Shown here: in pieces, positions 1 to 9,021 of the stretch
Position numbering within the stretch: position 1 is the first letter of the stretch
How the letters are laid out: each line of letters opens with the position of its first letter
From: an uncultured Candidatus Peribacteria bacterium
Lineage (GTDB): Bacteria > Patescibacteriota > Gracilibacteria > UBA1369
NCBI GenBank assembly: GCA_964346765.1
Contig: CAYFWB010000004.1
Location: forward strand, 55,512-119,511
Reading direction: 5' to 3'
Length of the DNA: 64,000 nt
Made by a program: the position numbers and the translations under genes
Notes under the pieces: generated by a model
What the model saw: the letters and a program-made list of their open reading frames with translations, nothing else
What the model was told of the DNA's origin: nothing
The model's database searches: none

Positions 1-286
1 CGGGTAGGCGTTGGTCTCCAAATACTGAATAGATTTTATAAACAAAGGCGGTTTCTTCATCTAAAGATCCATCCGACACAGCAGAATCTAGCAATTCCAC
101 GCTATTTTTATTTTCCGCATTTAACGCACTGATATATTCCTTAATATCATCTGTTTCATTATTAACGTGATTATTTGTTTGTCCATTATTACCCGATTGG
201 GTCATATTCCAATAAGTTAAAGAGACCACAATTATTGCTAATAGTAATCCGAGGCCATAAGGAGCAAATTTATTTAATTTTTTCAT
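1..286 (-). CDS. hypothetical membrane-anchored protein (N-terminal part; ORF runs off window start)
   Basis: The minus-strand ATG at 286-284 opens MKKLNKFAPYGLGLLLAIIVVSLTYWNMTQ... with an N-terminal hydrophobic anchor. The frame stays open to position 1. It is absent from the ORF track because it has no stop in the window. Confidence 0.45.
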   Translation of the reverse strand, partial: MKKLNKFAPYGLGLLLAIIVVSLTYWNMTQSGNNGQTNNHVNNETDDIKEYISALNAENKNSVELLDSAVSDGSLDEETAFVYKIYSVFGDQRLP

Positions 287-324
287 ATTTACAATTATAG
301 ATAAGGGAAATTTGGTTATGTAAT

Positions 325-1278
325 TTAAATTTTTGCATTAAGGCTTTTAATGCATAGTCGTTTTTTGTTTGATTTGATTTTTTCCAATGTGATCCAGGCG
401 CTTACTCCTGCTAAAATTATAAAAGCGCCACTGATTTGGTAAACGGTTAAGTTTTGATTTAAAAATATCCAATTTAGAATTGATGTAATCGGCGCTCCGA
501 TAAGTAAAATCGATGTTGCCAAAGTGGCGGGTATGAGTTTTAGTCCGTTATACCATGTGAGTACGTAACCTAATAAAAAGAGAGTGGCTATTCCCACTTG
601 GATTGCCTGGGATCCGTTTAGAGTTAATGACTGGTTTAGATTTGTGGTGGCCGCCATGTATCCCAAAATGAAAATGGATCCAAAAAACATTCTGCCGAAA
701 GCTACTGTGGTTCCTTGTAAGTTTTTCAAGAGATGTTTTGAGTATGTGTTTTCTGCGGCCCATAAAAGAGTGGCGGCAAGTATCATTAAATGGCCGGCGC
801 CGATTGATCCTAAATCGCCGCTTATCAGGAGAAAGTTGCCGATAAATAATATTAGAGCCAGTGGGAAAATGAATTTGTCGAGTTTTTCTTTTAGGAAAAG
901 TGTTGCAAAAATAGCCACGAAAATGAACATGGTTTTATGAATCAACGCGCCGGCACTGCCTTGGATCATGGCCAGTCCCTGGAAAAAGAGTAGGAAGGGG
1001 ATTGATCCACCGATTAAACCGATTATTGTTAGCGTTCCCCATTTCTTTTTGTTAAGAGTTTTTAATTGATTGAAGTTTTTGTTTTTGGAGTATCTGGCAC
1101 CGATAAAAATTATTGAAAAAAGGGCGAATGCGGTAAGTGAGTTTTTGAATAGTGTAAGGCTGTTCGGGTCAATTTTTGTGATGAAATATGAGTTGGCGAA
1201 AATTGCTACTCCGCTGATAAGAGCTGTTGAAAGTACCAGTAATATTCCTTTTGTTGTATTATTGATTTCGGTATTCAT
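325..1278 (-). CDS. EamA/DMT-family transporter
   Basis: 317-aa polytopic hydrophobic protein with about 10 TM segments in two halves, typical of the drug/metabolite transporter fold. Confidence 0.75.
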   Translation of the reverse strand: MNTEINNTTKGILLVLSTALISGVAIFANSYFITKIDPNSLTLFKNSLTAFALFSIIFIGARYSKNKNFNQLKTLNKKKWGTLTIIGLIGGSIPFLLFFQGLAMIQGSAGALIHKTMFIFVAIFATLFLKEKLDKFIFPLALILFIGNFLLISGDLGSIGAGHLMILAATLLWAAENTYSKHLLKNLQGTTVAFGRMFFGSIFILGYMAATTNLNQSLTLNGSQAIQVGIATLFLLGYVLTWYNGLKLIPATLATSILLIGAPITSILNWIFLNQNLTVYQISGAFIILAGVSAWITLEKIKSNKKRLCIKSLNAKI

Positions 1279-1299
1279 GATGAGTTTATAACTAAGTTT

Positions 1300-1674
1300 A
1301 TGGTGAAAAATGTTTATATTTGCGGTAACCCGCTCGTTAATGATGATAGTATGCCTTTTAGAATTTTGAAAGATTTAAAAGCGGCTTTTCCTGAAATTAA
1401 TTTTTTGGATTTTGATCCTACAGAGAATTTTCCTGATGATGATCCGCTTTTTATTATTGATACGGTTGTGGGGATTTCGGGAGTGAAAGTGATTGAGGAT
1501 GTGGATGGATTTGAGAATGCTCCGCATTTTTCTTTGCATGATGCCGATTTGGCTTTTCATTTAAAGATGATGAAGAAGCTGGGAAAGTTGCCGAAGATAA
1601 AGATATTCGGTGTGCCGCAGGAGGGAAACGAAAAAACAATTGTCTCTCACCTGGTGAATTTTCTTACCGAGTGA
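1300..1674 (+). CDS. [NiFe]-hydrogenase maturation endopeptidase (HycI/HybD-like)
   Basis: It has the CGNPLVNDD motif, then the FIIDTV Asp and the SLHDAD His expected of the metal-binding triad. It lies adjacent to the hydrogenase large subunit. Confidence 0.7.
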   Translation: MVKNVYICGNPLVNDDSMPFRILKDLKAAFPEINFLDFDPTENFPDDDPLFIIDTVVGISGVKVIEDVDGFENAPHFSLHDADLAFHLKMMKKLGKLPKIKIFGVPQEGNEKTIVSHLVNFLTE

Positions 1675-1810
1675 AATGGTTTATGGATGGTTGTATATTG
1701 TTTTTGTTTAGCATGTTTTTTGTTAAAAACTGTTGTGCAGGTTTAATACACTTTTTGAATGTATTTTTTTGGCTTTTATAAGGGGTTGGATGGAGGATAA
1801 AGGCACCTTT

Positions 1811-1836
1811 CACTAGGTGAATTAATTCACCTGGTG
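1811..1836. terminator. palindromic hairpin between convergent genes, overlapping the stop codon of the hydrogenase large subunit
   Basis: AGGTGAATTAATTCACCT (1815-1832) is a perfect 18-nt palindrome, extendable to 1811-1836 with one G-U pair. It sits between the 3' ends of the 1300..1674 (+) and 1822..3117 (-) genes. Confidence 0.35.
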
Positions 1837-3117
1837 AATATTGAGTTTTAAAAAGTGGGTGGCGCAGGACATGCAGGGGTCGTAGGCGCGGATGAGTTTT
1901 TCTATTTCAAAGGTGAGCGCGTCTTTGTCCATTTGGATGTTGTCCTGGACTAGTTTGGCGATGTCGTTTTCCAGATTGATCTGGTTTTGGGCGGTGGGAA
2001 CGATGATGTTGCCCGATTTGATGTTGCCGGTTTTTTCAACCTCCACTTTGTAGTACAGGGTGCCGCGGGGTGCTTCTATCACACCGATTCCTTCGGCGTC
2101 TTTGGGTTCCAGTTTGTCGGGCGGGGCGGGAGCGAATTTAAAGTTTTCCAGAATTTCTATGGATGCGTCTATGGAATGCAGAATTTCTATCGCTTGAGCC
2201 AGGTTGTTGCGGAAAATGTTGTTGGAGGGGAACAGCTTAATATATTCGGCGGCGGTTTTTTGGGTGTTTGGGTGCAGATTCTTCATGTTTTGATTTACGC
2301 GCGCCAGCGATCCTACCATATAGTCCTTGTCGGCGATTCGGTAGCCTTTGGCCTGTGAATGGGGGATTAAAATTTCTTGAAAGTGTTCGCCGAGTTTGTG
2401 TTCGGGGATGCATAACCCTTTGGTACTGCAGACTATTCCTTCTATGAAATCAAAGTCGTCGTTGGTAAGCGAGACAAAATGTGTGTTTCTTTCAAATTTG
2501 AAAGGGCATTCGGCAAAAGTTTTCAGGCATAAATCCATTTTGGGGCGGACTTCTTTCAGTTCTTTTATCAGGTCGGTGATTTCCTGTTCGGTGGGGATTT
2601 TTAAGAAGCCTCCCACGGTGGAAAAGTGCGCGTGTACGGCTCTGCCTCCGGTTTTTGTGGAAAGGTTGTTGCCGGCTCGTTTTAGATCAAATGCGTCGTG
2701 GATGAGTTGGTTTTGCAGTTCGTCTTTTTCGTCGAATTCCAGTAGGGAATCTTTGTTGAATAAATCGGGCAGGGCGAATAGATATAAATGAAGCGCGTGG
2801 TCGCGGATCATCAGTCCGTAGGTGAGGAGTTTTCTTAAATTTACGGTTTGTTCGGATGGTTTGTAGCCGAGAGATTTTTCCACCGCTTCTATGGCGCAGG
2901 TTAAATGTGCCACGGAGCAGGTTCCGCAAATGCGGCTGACCATCTGGGGAAGCTGAAGGTAATTTTTACCGCGAATGGCTTGTTCAAAAAATCTCTGGTT
3001 TTCGGTGATTTTTAGTTTGCAGTCTTTGACGATGCCGTTTTGGACTATTACCTCCAAATCGGTGTGGCCTTCTATTTTGCTGACGTTGTGAATGGAAATG
3101 TCTAAGTCTCTGTGCAT
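1822..3117 (-). CDS. [NiFe]-hydrogenase large (catalytic) subunit
   Basis: It carries the N-terminal RICGTCSVAH (RxCGxCxxxH) and C-terminal DPCMSCATH (DPCxxCxxH) Ni-Fe ligand motifs. A short tail, FLKLNIHQVN, follows and is suitable for protease cleavage. Confidence 0.9.
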   Translation of the reverse strand: MHRDLDISIHNVSKIEGHTDLEVIVQNGIVKDCKLKITENQRFFEQAIRGKNYLQLPQMVSRICGTCSVAHLTCAIEAVEKSLGYKPSEQTVNLRKLLTYGLMIRDHALHLYLFALPDLFNKDSLLEFDEKDELQNQLIHDAFDLKRAGNNLSTKTGGRAVHAHFSTVGGFLKIPTEQEITDLIKELKEVRPKMDLCLKTFAECPFKFERNTHFVSLTNDDFDFIEGIVCSTKGLCIPEHKLGEHFQEILIPHSQAKGYRIADKDYMVGSLARVNQNMKNLHPNTQKTAAEYIKLFPSNNIFRNNLAQAIEILHSIDASIEILENFKFAPAPPDKLEPKDAEGIGVIEAPRGTLYYKVEVEKTGNIKSGNIIVPTAQNQINLENDIAKLVQDNIQMDKDALTFEIEKLIRAYDPCMSCATHFLKLNIHQVN

Positions 3118-3146
3118 AGTGGGGTGGTTTTTGATGAAATTGTTTT

Positions 3147-3165
3147 CTGTGAAAGTATCTCACAG
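3147..3165. promoter_or_regulatory. TGTGA-N7-TCACA palindrome upstream of the hydrogenase large subunit
   Basis: The sequence is CTGTGAAAGTATCTCACAG, about 30 nt upstream of the ATG at 3117. Its left arm TTCTGTGAAA (3145-3154) recurs upstream of the small-subunit gene. Confidence 0.4.
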
Positions 3166-3244
3166 CTTTGACGGTAATTAAATGTTAATGACGTGGGGGA
3201 ATGGCATGGAAGTAGATTTTAAGCTGTGTTTTGTGGTATAATTA

Positions 3245-4423
3245 GTGGAAACTGTATTTGAAAAATTTATGTCCTACAAACTTGATTGCAAAAAACTGCG
3301 GGAGGAGTTGAATCAGCTGAAAGAGCTGAAGGAAGTGTTCGCGCGCGTGTACGCGGAGGAGCTTATTAAGCGGGATTTTAGTGAGTGCAGGGTACTTTTT
3401 TACCAAATGCGCGATATTTTAAAGGGGCCGGACAGTGAAATTGGCAAGTTGCGGGAGATGAAAGATGCGAATGTCGCGCCGGAGTTAAAACATCTGAAGC
3501 TGAAAGAACAGTACGAATCGCAGGTGGAGGTGGCGTGGAAGTCGGGGTTGTTTGGACGAAAAGAATTAGCTAAGGGGACATCAAATCCGGTGATTGAACG
3601 GGGTGGTAAAAAATTTCCCATGCCTAAGTGGCAAGAAGTTCAGAAAACTTTGCGCAAGCCGGAAAACCTGGAAGTCATCAAAGAAAAGAGTGCGCAGGGC
3701 TTTACCAAAATGCTGATTGTGCCGTTTGGCTATGATTTAAAAACGATGGCGGGCAAGTTTAAAGACAAGGTGAGGGAGCTGGACCAAACGACCGGCATTT
3801 TTGGCGCGGGCGGGGAGAAGGTGGAGTTTAACAGGGAGGATAATGATTATCCCGTATGGGTCATGAGAGAGTGGGAAGAAAAAAAGCTTGTTTATTATCC
3901 CAAGCAATATGATGAGAAAAACCATGGGGGTCTAAAAAAAGAGGACGCCATCAAAATAAACGGAGCTTGGCAGATTTGCTTTGTGGAGGATATGCCGGTA
4001 ATACCGCTTGAAGCGGATGAAAAAAAGGATGTAATCGGAGGTAGAAAAAGAATAGATAGGAAGGGGAGCTGTATAAAGGGTCAAACGGAAATACCGGAAC
4101 TTCAACAATTTCATGCCGCGATGCAGGATAAAGAAAAGATGGAAAATCTTACCAAATACAATCACGAAAAAGGCCAGACACCCGAACAATACCTGTGGAT
4201 GCAGTTAACCTCTCTATTGGAGAACGAAAAACCCGTTTTAATGGATTATGAGAATAGCGTATGGGCGGGAACATATTTGACAGAAAATTATAATATTGTG
4301 TTGCGTAGTGTGCTGTTTGCGGGCTGGGCGCAGCACATTTGTCGGATCTACCTGGACTGGTACGATCCTGATGATCAGGATGATGGTTACGGTTTTCGTC
4401 CTTCGGTGAATATTATAAAATAG
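3245..4423 (+). CDS. hypothetical protein (no recognised domain), inserted between the hydrogenase subunit genes on the opposite strand
   Basis: Long uninterrupted 392-codon ORF with an apparent GTG start. I recognise no motif in it. Confidence 0.55.
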   Translation: METVFEKFMSYKLDCKKLREELNQLKELKEVFARVYAEELIKRDFSECRVLFYQMRDILKGPDSEIGKLREMKDANVAPELKHLKLKEQYESQVEVAWKSGLFGRKELAKGTSNPVIERGGKKFPMPKWQEVQKTLRKPENLEVIKEKSAQGFTKMLIVPFGYDLKTMAGKFKDKVRELDQTTGIFGAGGEKVEFNREDNDYPVWVMREWEEKKLVYYPKQYDEKNHGGLKKEDAIKINGAWQICFVEDMPVIPLEADEKKDVIGGRKRIDRKGSCIKGQTEIPELQQFHAAMQDKEKMENLTKYNHEKGQTPEQYLWMQLTSLLENEKPVLMDYENSVWAGTYLTENYNIVLRSVLFAGWAQHICRIYLDWYDPDDQDDGYGFRPSVNIIK

Positions 4424-4432
4424 GTTTGAAAT

Positions 4433-4924
4433 TTACTCTTTGGGTTTTTCCACTATTTCAAACTCCACCAGGTATTTGTTTAAGACGGCCAGGAAGGTGG
4501 CTTCTACCATTGGGCATCCGGGCACTTTGTCGTCCACTTGGACAACTTTGTCTATGGGCAGGACTTCTTTTTCATAGCCATAACGGTCCAATAAATATTG
4601 AATGGAGGCTTTTGTTTCGTCATCAAATTTGTTTCTGTGGTCGGATGGCACGCCGGTGCAGGCGCAGGAGCCCACGGCAACAACTTTTTTGGAGACGGCG
4701 CGGATTTCTTCCAGTTCTTTGCGGTTTTTGACGTTGGCGATTGCTCCTTCCACAAACGCCACGTCTATGTCTTTCATTTTGTTTTTACTTTGCAGGACGC
4801 GGGCGTGCTTGAATTCAACCAGGTTTTTCCAGGTTTCCCAATTGTCGTTCAAGAGTTCGGTAAACATGATGGTGTTGTCTTCGCAGCAACTGAAAGAAAA
4901 CCAGCCTACTTTTAGTTTTTTCAT
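4433..4924 (-). CDS. [NiFe]-hydrogenase small subunit, short NuoB-like form
   Basis: The FSFSCCEDN, VGSCACTG and VPGCP cysteines match the proximal 4Fe-4S ligands of NuoB-type small subunits. At only 163 aa there is no room for medial or distal clusters. Confidence 0.8.
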   Translation of the reverse strand: MKKLKVGWFSFSCCEDNTIMFTELLNDNWETWKNLVEFKHARVLQSKNKMKDIDVAFVEGAIANVKNRKELEEIRAVSKKVVAVGSCACTGVPSDHRNKFDDETKASIQYLLDRYGYEKEVLPIDKVVQVDDKVPGCPMVEATFLAVLNKYLVEFEIVEKPKE

Positions 4925-4946
4925 GGTTTAAGTTATTTAGTTCTTT

Positions 4947-5029
4947 AATTCTGTGAAATACTTTTTCACTCACACGAGGTGGAACCCTTTTATTTCCAGT
5001 TGTGTCCGATAAAAGTATTTCACAGAATT
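4947..5029. repeat. perfect 19-bp inverted repeat with 45-nt spacer in a divergent intergenic region
   Basis: AATTCTGTGAAATACTTTT (4947-4965) is the exact reverse complement of AAAAGTATTTCACAGAATT (5011-5029). The region contains several TGTGA/TCACA motifs. Confidence 0.9.
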
Positions 5030-5102
5030 TGGAATCGAGAAATACATTTTCTTGCCGTCAGCTTTTTTTGTGCTAATTTGTGGCAGAAATTAATCTATCA
5101 AT

Positions 5103-5657
5103 ATGAAAGAGGCAAAAAGGGTTTCTAAGAATCGGTATTATTTGAACATTGCGGAAGAGGTTTCCAAGCGCGCTACCTGCATGAGCGCGCATTTTGGTTG
5201 TATTATTGTGAAAGATGATCAGATTATTTCCACCGGGTATAACGGGGCGCCGCGCGGGACGAAGGATTGTTATGAGATTGGCAATTGTTTGCGCCGTAAG
5301 CTGGGGGTGAAGTCGGGGACGCAGTATGAGATGTGCAGGAGCGTGCATGCAGAGCAGAACGCGATTATTAACGCGGCGCGTGCGGGTGTGAGTCTGCTTG
5401 GTGGCACGATGTATCTTTTTGGCAGAAGGGTCTGGGACGGTGCGGATCAATTGTTAGAGGCTTATCCCTGCTTTATTTGTAAGAAAATGATTTTGAACGC
5501 TGGGATTGATAGGATGATTGTGAATGATGAGAACGGTGAGATTGTTGAGTTTAGCGTGGAAGAATGGGCCGATCAGTGGGCGAAAAACGATATGATTGAG
5601 GATACGGAAAAATATTCGGCCAATTATTGTCGTTCCAACCAGTCGGTTACTTCGTGA
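5103..5657 (+). CDS. dCMP (deoxycytidylate) deaminase
   Basis: It has the zinc-deaminase motifs VHAEQNAI and PCFICKKMI (HAE ... PCxxC). Confidence 0.85.
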   Translation: MKEAKRVSKNRYYLNIAEEVSKRATCMSAHFGCIIVKDDQIISTGYNGAPRGTKDCYEIGNCLRRKLGVKSGTQYEMCRSVHAEQNAIINAARAGVSLLGGTMYLFGRRVWDGADQLLEAYPCFICKKMILNAGIDRMIVNDENGEIVEFSVEEWADQWAKNDMIEDTEKYSANYCRSNQSVTS

Positions 5658-5986
5658 AGTATTTCGTTGGCCCTGTCAATTTCTTGTTTAGTACGCATGG
5701 CATTCCAGTCTATTTGCGTGAATTCGTTTTCAATATAGTTTACAACTTCCATATATAATGGATCGCCCATATGGGGCACACATAATCTTAATGTTTTTTC
5801 TAATGCATTGAACCAGTCGGTCCGGCATTTGAATTTGTGGTGATTTTTGTCTCCGGGCTGAAGAGTATGATCGGGGTAATCATCCATGTAATTGTCTTTC
5901 CACTCTTGAAGCATCGGCAGGAAATCTCTTTTTAATTCTTCAAGACTTAATAATACGGGGTATTCGTTTGAGTTTAAAGTTTCCAT
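5624..5986 (-). CDS. hypothetical protein
   Basis: 120-codon ORF convergent with the deaminase gene, overlapping its 3' end by 34 nt. No motif recognised. Confidence 0.45.
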   Translation of the reverse strand: METLNSNEYPVLLSLEELKRDFLPMLQEWKDNYMDDYPDHTLQPGDKNHHKFKCRTDWFNALEKTLRLCVPHMGDPLYMEVVNYIENEFTQIDWNAMRTKQEIDRANEILHEVTDWLERQ

Positions 5987-6064
5987 GATTTTGATTTAAA
6001 GGGGTTGGAGTTTACTTTATAAGTTTATTTATGGCAAGATTTTCGTAGAATTTAATATAAAATT

Positions 6065-6619
6065 ATGAATCATAAAATTATTGCACTTGTAGGGATGCCC
6101 GGAACGGGTAAATCGGTGGTGTCGGATTATTTTGAAGTCAGGGGTTACGCTTCTATCTATTTTGGAGGCGTTACAATGGAGGAAATTGAAAGAAGGGATC
6201 TTGAATTGAATGAAGAAAATGAAAAATTGGTAAGGGAGAGTTTGCGTAAAGAATATGGTATGGCGGCGTACGCGATTTTGAACATTCCAAAAATAGAGGC
6301 GGCGTTGATGCACGGGAATGTTATTGTTGATGGTCTTTACAGCTGGAGCGAGTATAAGGTTTTGAAAGATAAATTTGCAGATCAGCTGGAGGTTTTGGCG
6401 GTTGTTTCGCCAAGAGCGGCGCGGCATGAAAGACTGGCTAATAGAAAGCATCGACCCTTAACCGAAGAAGAATCCAACGCCCGCGATTATGCCGAAATTG
6501 AAAATCTGGAAAAAGGCGGGCCCATAGCTAATGCGGATAATTATATCTTGAATGACAGTACGATTGGGGATCTGGTTAAGAATCTGGAGAAGATTTACGG
6601 CAAAGATGAGTCAAGTTAG
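6065..6619 (+). CDS. P-loop nucleoside/nucleotide kinase-like protein
   Basis: It has the Walker A motif GMPGTGKS at the N-terminus and a size and layout like small NMP/dephospho-CoA-type kinases. Substrate is unknown. Confidence 0.6.
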   Translation: MNHKIIALVGMPGTGKSVVSDYFEVRGYASIYFGGVTMEEIERRDLELNEENEKLVRESLRKEYGMAAYAILNIPKIEAALMHGNVIVDGLYSWSEYKVLKDKFADQLEVLAVVSPRAARHERLANRKHRPLTEEESNARDYAEIENLEKGGPIANADNYILNDSTIGDLVKNLEKIYGKDESS

Positions 6620-6647
6620 AATAACTTATTAGAGCGGATCAATGGCC

Positions 6648-6676
6648 GGGCACTCATATGTAGGTGCCCTTCTCTT
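6648..6676 (+). terminator. putative intrinsic terminator
   Basis: GGGCAC (6648-6653) pairs with GTGCCC (6664-6669), followed by TTCTCTT. It lies just after the stop of the 6065..6619 gene. Confidence 0.45.
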
Positions 6677-6739
6677 GAAAGTTGTTGCAAATCGGCATAC
6701 AGTTAAATTGTTTAGGTAAGTGTTCTTAACAAATTGTAT

Positions 6740-8059
6740 ATGCCATCCAAACTTTTAAAAAATGCGGAGATAGTGCGGCATAATGGTTCCATGAAAGGTG
6801 CTTTGGTTATAGATGGAGATAAAATCGCCGAGGTTTACGAGGAGGGCGCCGCTTTGCCGGACGAAGGAGCTTTTGACGAGGTGATTGATCTTGAAGGGAA
6901 GCATCTGTTACCTGGACTTATTGATGTCCACGTTCATTTTCGCACTCCGGGTCAGGAATATAAGGAGGACTGGACTACCGGTTCAAAAGCCGCTTTGGCG
7001 GGGGGCGTTACGACTGTACTGGATATGCCCAATAATGATCCGCCGGTGATTGATGAAGAAGCGCTTGATCGTAAAAGAGAGATTGTGAAAAAGGAGGCGT
7101 TGGTTAATTACGGACTTTTTGTGGGGGCGACGGACGATAATGTTTCTTTCATCGGTAAAATTAAGTCCGCGGCCGGGGTGAAAGCTTATCTTGGCAGTTC
7201 TACCGGCGACTTGCTACTGGGGTCCAAGATTTATTTGGAAAAGCTGTTGGAAAATACGGAGAAGATTGTGGCGGTGCATGCCGAAAGTGAGCTGTGTGTT
7301 TTGGAAGAGACCGCTAAACATAAAGGTCAGACCCATCCAAAGGTTCATTCGATGATCAGAAATCCCGAGTGCTCATATGAAGCGGTGAGAGACGCTTTGC
7401 ATTTGCTCAAGAAATATCAGAATAAACTTCATCTTTGTCATGTTTCCACGGAGCGGGAGCTTATGGAAATTAAGAAATTTATGAATGAAGATGTGAGCGT
7501 GGAGGTTACACCGCATCATCTGTTTTTGAACACGATGGATTATGAAAGATTCGGTAATTTTATAAAAGTGAATCCACCCGTGCGCGAGCCTGTTGATCAG
7601 GTGGCGCTTTGGCAGGGGATTAAAGACGGTCTGGTGAATGTGATTGCCACGGATCACGCTCCGCATACGTTGGAAGAGAAAAAGAAGGATTATAAAGAGG
7701 TTCCGTCCGGTGTGCCGGGTGTGCAGACAATGTTGCCTTTGCTTTTAAATGTCGTTAATGAAGGGAAAATTAGTTTGGAAAAACTGGTAGAACTGACTTC
7801 TTATAATCCGGCTCGTATTTTCGGTATTAAAAATAAGGGGGTGATTGAAAAGGGTGTGGACGCGGATCTTACTGTTGTCGATTTGAAAAAAATTGCCACG
7901 GTTGAGAAGGATTACTTGTTTAGCAAGTGCGGATGGTCTCCGTTTAGCAGCTGGGAGCTGACGGGATGGCCGGTAATGACATTTGTAAATGGAGAAAAAA
8001 TGTATGAGTGGCGGGACAGGTTTGGCGATAAAAAGGGACGTGAGTTGGATTATGAATAA
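6740..8059 (+). CDS. pyrC: dihydroorotase
   Basis: It has DVHVHFRTPG (the HxH metal site), GGVTTVLDMPN and ATDHAPH, typical of cyclic amidohydrolases/DHOase. The ATG at 6740 is preferred over the TTG at 6734 used by the track. Confidence 0.85.
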   Translation: MPSKLLKNAEIVRHNGSMKGALVIDGDKIAEVYEEGAALPDEGAFDEVIDLEGKHLLPGLIDVHVHFRTPGQEYKEDWTTGSKAALAGGVTTVLDMPNNDPPVIDEEALDRKREIVKKEALVNYGLFVGATDDNVSFIGKIKSAAGVKAYLGSSTGDLLLGSKIYLEKLLENTEKIVAVHAESELCVLEETAKHKGQTHPKVHSMIRNPECSYEAVRDALHLLKKYQNKLHLCHVSTERELMEIKKFMNEDVSVEVTPHHLFLNTMDYERFGNFIKVNPPVREPVDQVALWQGIKDGLVNVIATDHAPHTLEEKKKDYKEVPSGVPGVQTMLPLLLNVVNEGKISLEKLVELTSYNPARIFGIKNKGVIEKGVDADLTVVDLKKIATVEKDYLFSKCGWSPFSSWELTGWPVMTFVNGEKMYEWRDRFGDKKGRELDYE

Positions 8060-8102
8060 ATATTAGTGTATATTTTCCGTAAATTATCTAAAATCAAAAA
8101 AT

Positions 8103-9011
8103 ATGAAAAGATTTATATCTTTATTGTGTCTTATTTTAATGATGCCGTTATCCGGTCAGGCAATGAATACGCGTGACGTTCTTGAAGAGGAGCTTGGAGG
8201 CACACAGTTTTTTCCGGACGTGTCGCAGGATCATCCTAATTTTTTATCAATCGCCTGGATGAGTGATGAAGGTACAGTGGAGGGATATTCCGATGGTACT
8301 TTTAAGCCTGACAATCCGGTTAATAGGGCGGAACTTATGAAAATGGTAGTGTTGATGGATTCCGATTTTGAGCCTACAACAGCTTATAACGGCTGTTTTC
8401 CGGATGTTGATAATGAATGGTTTGCTTCTTATATTTGTTATGCCAAGGAGCGGGGATGGATAGACGGTTATCCGGATGGTAATTTTAAACCCGGCAATTA
8501 TGTTAACAGAGTTGAAGCTATTAAAATTATTTTAAACACTATGGTCCCGGCTGATCAATGGCCGGAACCAACTGACGCTGAATTATCAATTACTACTCCT
8601 GTTGATCTGGATATGGAGGCTTGGTATGGAGGATACGCCAGATTCGCGATTGTGAAGGAGTTTGTTGACGGCTGGCATGTAACACAGGATGAGGATGGTA
8701 ATTTGTATTATCATCCGGCTGACGAGTTTACCAGAAAAGAAGTGGCGGAAATGCTTTTTAGAGTTGCGCTTTGGCAGGTTGAAAGAGTTAATTATGCCAG
8801 CACAATGGCTGAATCGATATGTTATATCGTTGAGAATCAGGAGGATATGACGGACGAAGAATTAAAACCGGGTGTGATTGAGATTTTCGAAGCGAATGGA
8901 TACACGGAAGAAGAGATGGATCTTTTAACGCTGAAATACGAAAATGACGCTATTGTTCAGGCGAACATTAATGATATGACAGAAGAGATGTGCGGTTCCC
9001 TTACAGAATAA
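8103..9011 (+). CDS. secreted SLH-domain protein
   Basis: It has an N-terminal signal peptide followed by repeated FPDV...GY(S/P)DGTFKP(D/G)N.VNR(A/V)E modules, which are S-layer homology repeats. Confidence 0.75.
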   Translation: MKRFISLLCLILMMPLSGQAMNTRDVLEEELGGTQFFPDVSQDHPNFLSIAWMSDEGTVEGYSDGTFKPDNPVNRAELMKMVVLMDSDFEPTTAYNGCFPDVDNEWFASYICYAKERGWIDGYPDGNFKPGNYVNRVEAIKIILNTMVPADQWPEPTDAELSITTPVDLDMEAWYGGYARFAIVKEFVDGWHVTQDEDGNLYYHPADEFTRKEVAEMLFRVALWQVERVNYASTMAESICYIVENQEDMTDEELKPGVIEIFEANGYTEEEMDLLTLKYENDAIVQANINDMTEEMCGSLTE

Positions 9012-9021
9012 TTAAAAAATT

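Noticed and set aside
584-940. Track ORFs lying antisense or out of frame inside long, well-supported genes. Examples are 584..940+, 1987..2358+, 2396..2791+, 10436..10855-, 11478..11993-, 13444..14061-, 19032..19433+, 20550..20996+, 40744..41148+, 44876..45367+, 56346..57403+, and the minus-strand ORFs inside cas12a at 60531..60776, 62889..63275 and 63532..63750.
   Set aside because: Each overlaps a gene with clear family motifs. Their translations are low-complexity or compositionally odd and show no recognisable domain. They are typical shadow ORFs.
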